DNA of 64,000 nucleotides. Origin: an uncultured Candidatus Saccharibacteria bacterium (lineage in GTDB: Bacteria; Patescibacteriota; Minisyncoccia; Ryanbacterales; HO2-45-13). Under the pieces are notes generated by a model. The model worked only from the letters and a program-made list of their open reading frames with translations. It was not told where the DNA came from and did not search any database. The translations under genes and the position numbers were made by a program. Numbering within the stretch: position 1 is the first letter of the stretch; each line of letters begins with the position of its first letter. The stretch lies in the NCBI GenBank assembly GCA_964354975.1, contig CAYHBS010000004.1, positions 3,614 to 67,613 on the forward strand, read 5' to 3'. This document shows positions 60,215 through 64,000 of this stretch, one piece after another.

Positions 60215-61088
60215 ATTGCCTTCCTCCTCTGTTGTTGGATGAACGATGTTGGTTTCCATGGAGTCCGTAGATGGATCGCACCGAAACTGATCGCTTTCGC
60301 GCCGAGTTCCCTGAGCTTTTCCATATCTTCAAATTCCATGACGCTTGGACCAATCACAGGGATCGATCCTTGCTTGGCGAGCGCTTCAACTGCCTTCCAG
60401 TTATGTTTTTGTGCCGGCTTGCCGGAGACGCCACCGCCTCCACCACCGACTTACCTCTCGAGCTTCCACAACGGTGTCTGCTCGCCTTGAATAAATACTG
60501 TCTTCCACGGCACGCTGTTGAGAGAAACTGCTTCCGCAATTCCAATAAGTCCGCGCGCGATAGTGAGGTAGTCTTGGTCAGCTGAGATCTTCACGATGAT
60601 GGGATGACGCGAAGCACGTTTAACCGCCTTCACACTGTCGATCACCATCTGAGCCTGCTCCATTGTGTGTCCGGTATTGGGACATGAGACGTTCACTTCA
60701 AGCGCGACGAGGTCGAAGCGATTGAGCATGTCCGTCATTTCCACCAGCTCCTTTTTATCACCGAAGATTGATCCGGCTGTCGGGAACTTTTTGAAGTCGA
60801 GCGTAGGACCTACTCCCTACACCACCATTCGATGCCGGGGTTGGTAAGTCCAACCTTATTGACCGCGCCTCCTGGAATTAGGCGAACGCAGGTCCAGGGT
60901 TTCCACCACCGCAAATTCCCAGGTCGCGGGTTTCGCGTCAGGGACTTGATGACGACAGTGAATAATTCGGGCTTAATGAGACCGGACCACACGAGTGGTC
61001 GTTCCCAGGGCCATCCTTTGCCATCAAACGCAAGAGCGCCGCTTGCGACCATATATGTGAAAACATGGTCATTTGAAAGAGCGATCAT
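60211..61088 (-). pseudogene. pyrD: Dihydroorotate dehydrogenase (family 1) pseudogene
   Basis: VASG, KSLT..PRPGN, NKVGLTNPG, EVNVSCPN, IIVKI, GGVSG; 1-nt frameshift near 60813 and in-frame TAA at 60451-60453. Confidence 0.8.
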
Positions 61089-61521
61089 GAGAAAATCCTC
61101 CTGTGTGCTGGTCTATTTCAAAGTTCAAATGAGCACACGAATCCGTGCTTTTGGCTTTGCCGAAATGAATCAGCTCTGCCGCAACCTTAGCGAGAAAAGA
61201 GGATATTGTAAATAATAAAATCCCTACGTCTTAAGGGTTTAAAGTTGCCAATCTGGCGGAGACGGTGTCCCGAAGTTAGAACCGAAAAAGTGGCTTAAAT
61301 TCAAGTATCTTGATAAAAGTATACAGAAACTACGGGCTATCTACAAAGTTCACCCTGAATGGTTTGAGGTGCCGAAACCAAAGTCAGATAAGGGGCAGAA
61401 CGCGGTAGATTACTCGATTAAATAAATTCATACCATCTGGCGGACGATATTGAGCGACGTTAGAACGTACTTCCAGAGTATCAAAATACCAGATCTTGCC
61501 AGATTTAAGGGACAAATAACG

Positions 61522-62415
61522 CTATTCTTCGTTGAGCCCTTGCCATTTACCACCCCGCTCAAATGACCAGATCGCATCATACGCAAAATCCTTACGAGTG
61601 AGTTCTGATTTATCTTTGATGGAAAAATCAAAGAAAACGAAATTCGGTACATCCTTCGCTGGTGTAGAGTTATCAAAAGGTGGAAGGATAAATTCAAACA
61701 AGATTGGCACGCCCGGCCGGTAGCGACGACGGAATTCCAAAAAATATGAACCCTTTCCCATTTTGCATCGCTTACCTAATACTAGAGAGATATGATGTTC
61801 GGCTATCTCGTCTTTGAGCGAAGCATTTCTGAGTTTGTCTCGGGCACTTTGAAAGAATTTATTGGCCATTGGCCGCTTTGGGTTTGGGTAGCATAAAAAT
61901 ACGTATTCATCGGGGCTTATCACTACTATCGAAATCTGTACATTTTTCGATTCATCCTTATTGCTTCCGTCCGTCCACTTTAAGAAAAGCCCTGAGAGGT
62001 TTTTGGCTAGTTCTAAGTCCGTCACCATCATGGAAACGAGCGGAATGTCCTCTTCGGTTGGCGGTTTTACATAACCAAAACCCATCCCGACCCATTTCTC
62101 TGGGTCTATCTCAAAATCCGGCATCGGATGAATGAATGCATAGGCATGCGCGAACGCTACCTTTTCCAAAAACAAGGAGATGAGATAAACGACAACTCCG
62201 AAACTAAAAGCGATCCATACCGAACCGAAAACAAAAAAGGCTGAAAGTAATCCAACCAGTGTAAAGAAGTATTTAATAAGTCGTGTTTTCCGCTGATGCC
62301 GTTGAGGTATAACCAATCTGAAAAACCTCTCTCCCTTCCGGATCTGGTACTCACTTCGAAAACGGTTTATTCGAAGCATTACTCGCCTATAAAATTGTCT
62401 GATTTGCTGTGGCAT
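61522..62415 (-). CDS. Hypothetical protein with a 2-TM hairpin
   Basis: 297-aa ORF in an AT-richer island; no motif recognised. Confidence 0.7.
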   Translation of the reverse strand: MPQQIRQFYRRVMLRINRFRSEYQIRKGERFFRLVIPQRHQRKTRLIKYFFTLVGLLSAFFVFGSVWIAFSFGVVVYLISLFLEKVAFAHAYAFIHPMPDFEIDPEKWVGMGFGYVKPPTEEDIPLVSMMVTDLELAKNLSGLFLKWTDGSNKDESKNVQISIVVISPDEYVFLCYPNPKRPMANKFFQSARDKLRNASLKDEIAEHHISLVLGKRCKMGKGSYFLEFRRRYRPGVPILFEFILPPFDNSTPAKDVPNFVFFDFSIKDKSELTRKDFAYDAIWSFERGGKWQGLNEE

Positions 62416-62469
62416 AGCTTGTGGATAAATTCAATTCTTTTTATATAGGTATCATACTATAATATACAT

Positions 62470-63561
62470 ATGGCGAGCAATCAGATTTTCAAAGCAGTTT
62501 ATTTTTCTGACTACAAAGAAACGAACCCAAAAGCAAAGGGTGTTATTTTGGCTTTCGGTGAGAGAAATATAGATTTATATAAGAGCATAGTTGATTTAGG
62601 AAGTAGCGAGTTACGCAACTTGCTTGGAACCGACTCGTATCTTGAGCTAGAGCAACGCGCGCAACGGGAGGGGTTACCACTAAACACTTACTGCCTTTGG
62701 TATTTGCGGAAAAATCTCGGCGTAGAAGAAATAAAAACGAAAACAGTAAAGAGTGGCGGAAAGACAATCTCTAACTTTATGGGTCAGGTCATTAAGGGAG
62801 ATTGCTTAGAAGTAATGAAGTCAATTCCAGCAAAATCAATAGACATGATTTTGTGTGATTTGCCATACGGTACTACGCAAAACCATTGGGACAGTGTCAT
62901 CCCGATTGACCAACTTTGGAAGCACTATGAGCGAATTATAAAAGATAAGGGTGTCATTGCTCTTACGGGACAGGGGCTCTTTACGGCAAATTTGATGTTG
63001 TCTAACTCAAGATTATTTAAATACAAAATCACTTGGGTAAAATCAAAACCGACAAACTTTCTTAATGCCAAAAAACAACCGTTGAGGAAGCATGAGGATA
63101 TCTGTATTTTTTATAAGAGTCAGCCCGAATATAATCCTCAGATGACTTATGGTGAGCCTTATAATAAAGGTTTTAGGAAAGATCAATTCACTGGAAGCTA
63201 TGGCAATTTCAAAACCGTTGAGGTAAAAAGCAATGGCGAAAGGTATCCTACCGATGTTGTTTATTTTAAAACCGCCGAAAGTGAGGGCGAAGTTTATCAT
63301 CCTACACAAAAACCAGTAGAGCTTGGTCGCTATCTAATTCGCACTTTCACAAAGGAGGGCGAAGTTGTGCTAGACAATACTTGCGGAAGCGGCAGTTTCC
63401 TTGTTTCGGCCGTTTTAGAAGGAAGAAAATTTATTGGGATTGAAAAAAACGAAGATGTTTATCTGTTCAAGAAACATAAAGTGGATTATATCGAGGTTTC
63501 CAAAAAGCGTATCAAAGAAGCTGAAAATCAATACAAAGCTACTAGTAATAAACTTTTTTAG
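62470..63561 (+). CDS. Site-specific DNA methyltransferase (N4C/N6A, beta class) with an N-terminal extension
   Basis: GDCLEVM, DLPY, HEDI, HPTQKP, VLDNTCGSGS. Confidence 0.92.
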   Translation: MASNQIFKAVYFSDYKETNPKAKGVILAFGERNIDLYKSIVDLGSSELRNLLGTDSYLELEQRAQREGLPLNTYCLWYLRKNLGVEEIKTKTVKSGGKTISNFMGQVIKGDCLEVMKSIPAKSIDMILCDLPYGTTQNHWDSVIPIDQLWKHYERIIKDKGVIALTGQGLFTANLMLSNSRLFKYKITWVKSKPTNFLNAKKQPLRKHEDICIFYKSQPEYNPQMTYGEPYNKGFRKDQFTGSYGNFKTVEVKSNGERYPTDVVYFKTAESEGEVYHPTQKPVELGRYLIRTFTKEGEVVLDNTCGSGSFLVSAVLEGRKFIGIEKNEDVYLFKKHKVDYIEVSKKRIKEAENQYKATSNKLF

Positions 63562-63618
63562 TTTAAAGTATTAAAAACCTTCAAATTCCGTCTCCGGTAT
63601 TTTTTCCACCATTTCACT

Positions 63619-63999
63619 CTATTCTTGTTGGGTGATAACCTCCTTCTCAAGGAGCCATTTTAGAACATGAATCGACTGATTGGGGTGTAGGAAGGGGCTC
63701 ACCTCTCCATTTAAGTGCATTTCGTTTTTAATATAATCAAGGTGTTTTTGTTGTAACACACCCCGTCCAACAAGATCGTAGCCGATACGTAAAGTATCGA
63801 CCCGAGTAAGATTTAAATCTCCCTTTTTCTCCGCATCCAATTTCACGTCTTCAGGTTCTATTTTTAGTAAATCGGTTATGGACTCAAGTCCATTTAAATT
63901 TCTATTATAAAATTCAATTTCATGCGCTCGATAGGCAAACCACTCTCTACCACGTTCTGATATTGCACCGGGTGGAAGATATACACCTTCGCGCAGTAC
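63619..63999 (-). CDS. C-terminal part of an unknown protein (possible cognate restriction endonuclease); start lies beyond the window
   Basis: Frame is open from the window edge to the stop at 63619 and converges on the methyltransferase. Confidence 0.55.
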   Translation of the reverse strand, partial: VLREGVYLPPGAISERGREWFAYRAHEIEFYNRNLNGLESITDLLKIEPEDVKLDAEKKGDLNLTRVDTLRIGYDLVGRGVLQQKHLDYIKNEMHLNGEVSPFLHPNQSIHVLKWLLEKEVITQQE

Positions 64000-64000
64000 C

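Noticed and set aside
60451-60453. Stop-codon recoding suggested by the in-frame stop in pyrD
   Set aside because: The stop is TAA, the gene also has a frameshift, and all core genes translate intact in code 11.

Overview
Chromosomal segment of a Patescibacteria (CPR, Parcubacteria-like) genome, genetic code 11. The taxon is inferred from gene content, rplK lacking an adjacent rplA, leaderless genes, atypical tRNA T-loops and the type IV pilus locus. The left third is housekeeping (ftsK, rpoC, rpoB, secF, secD, rplK, nusG, secE, gyrB, pheT, pheS, dus). The accessory middle (about 20-40.5 kb) holds two stand-alone DnaA domain IV proteins and a retron-type reverse transcriptase with no evident effector gene. 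The RT is followed downstream by a separately promoted and terminated structured ncRNA candidate closed by a perfect 13-bp inverted repeat; this is the best candidate for a novel system. Next come an AT-rich glycosyltransferase/kinase/phosphatase/carbamoyltransferase/NUDIX cluster and a ~5-kb satellite-like element (serine recombinase, terminase small subunit, HTH protein, adhesin) integrated at a tRNA-fMet that carries a group I intron. Two LAGLIDADG-type ORFs run into tRNA genes. The right part has gatA/gatC, ligA, a complete type IV pilus/competence locus interrupted by a repeat-flanked toxin-antitoxin pair, a pyrD pseudogene and the edge of another island with a DNA methyltransferase. All calls come from manual motif reading; no searches were run.
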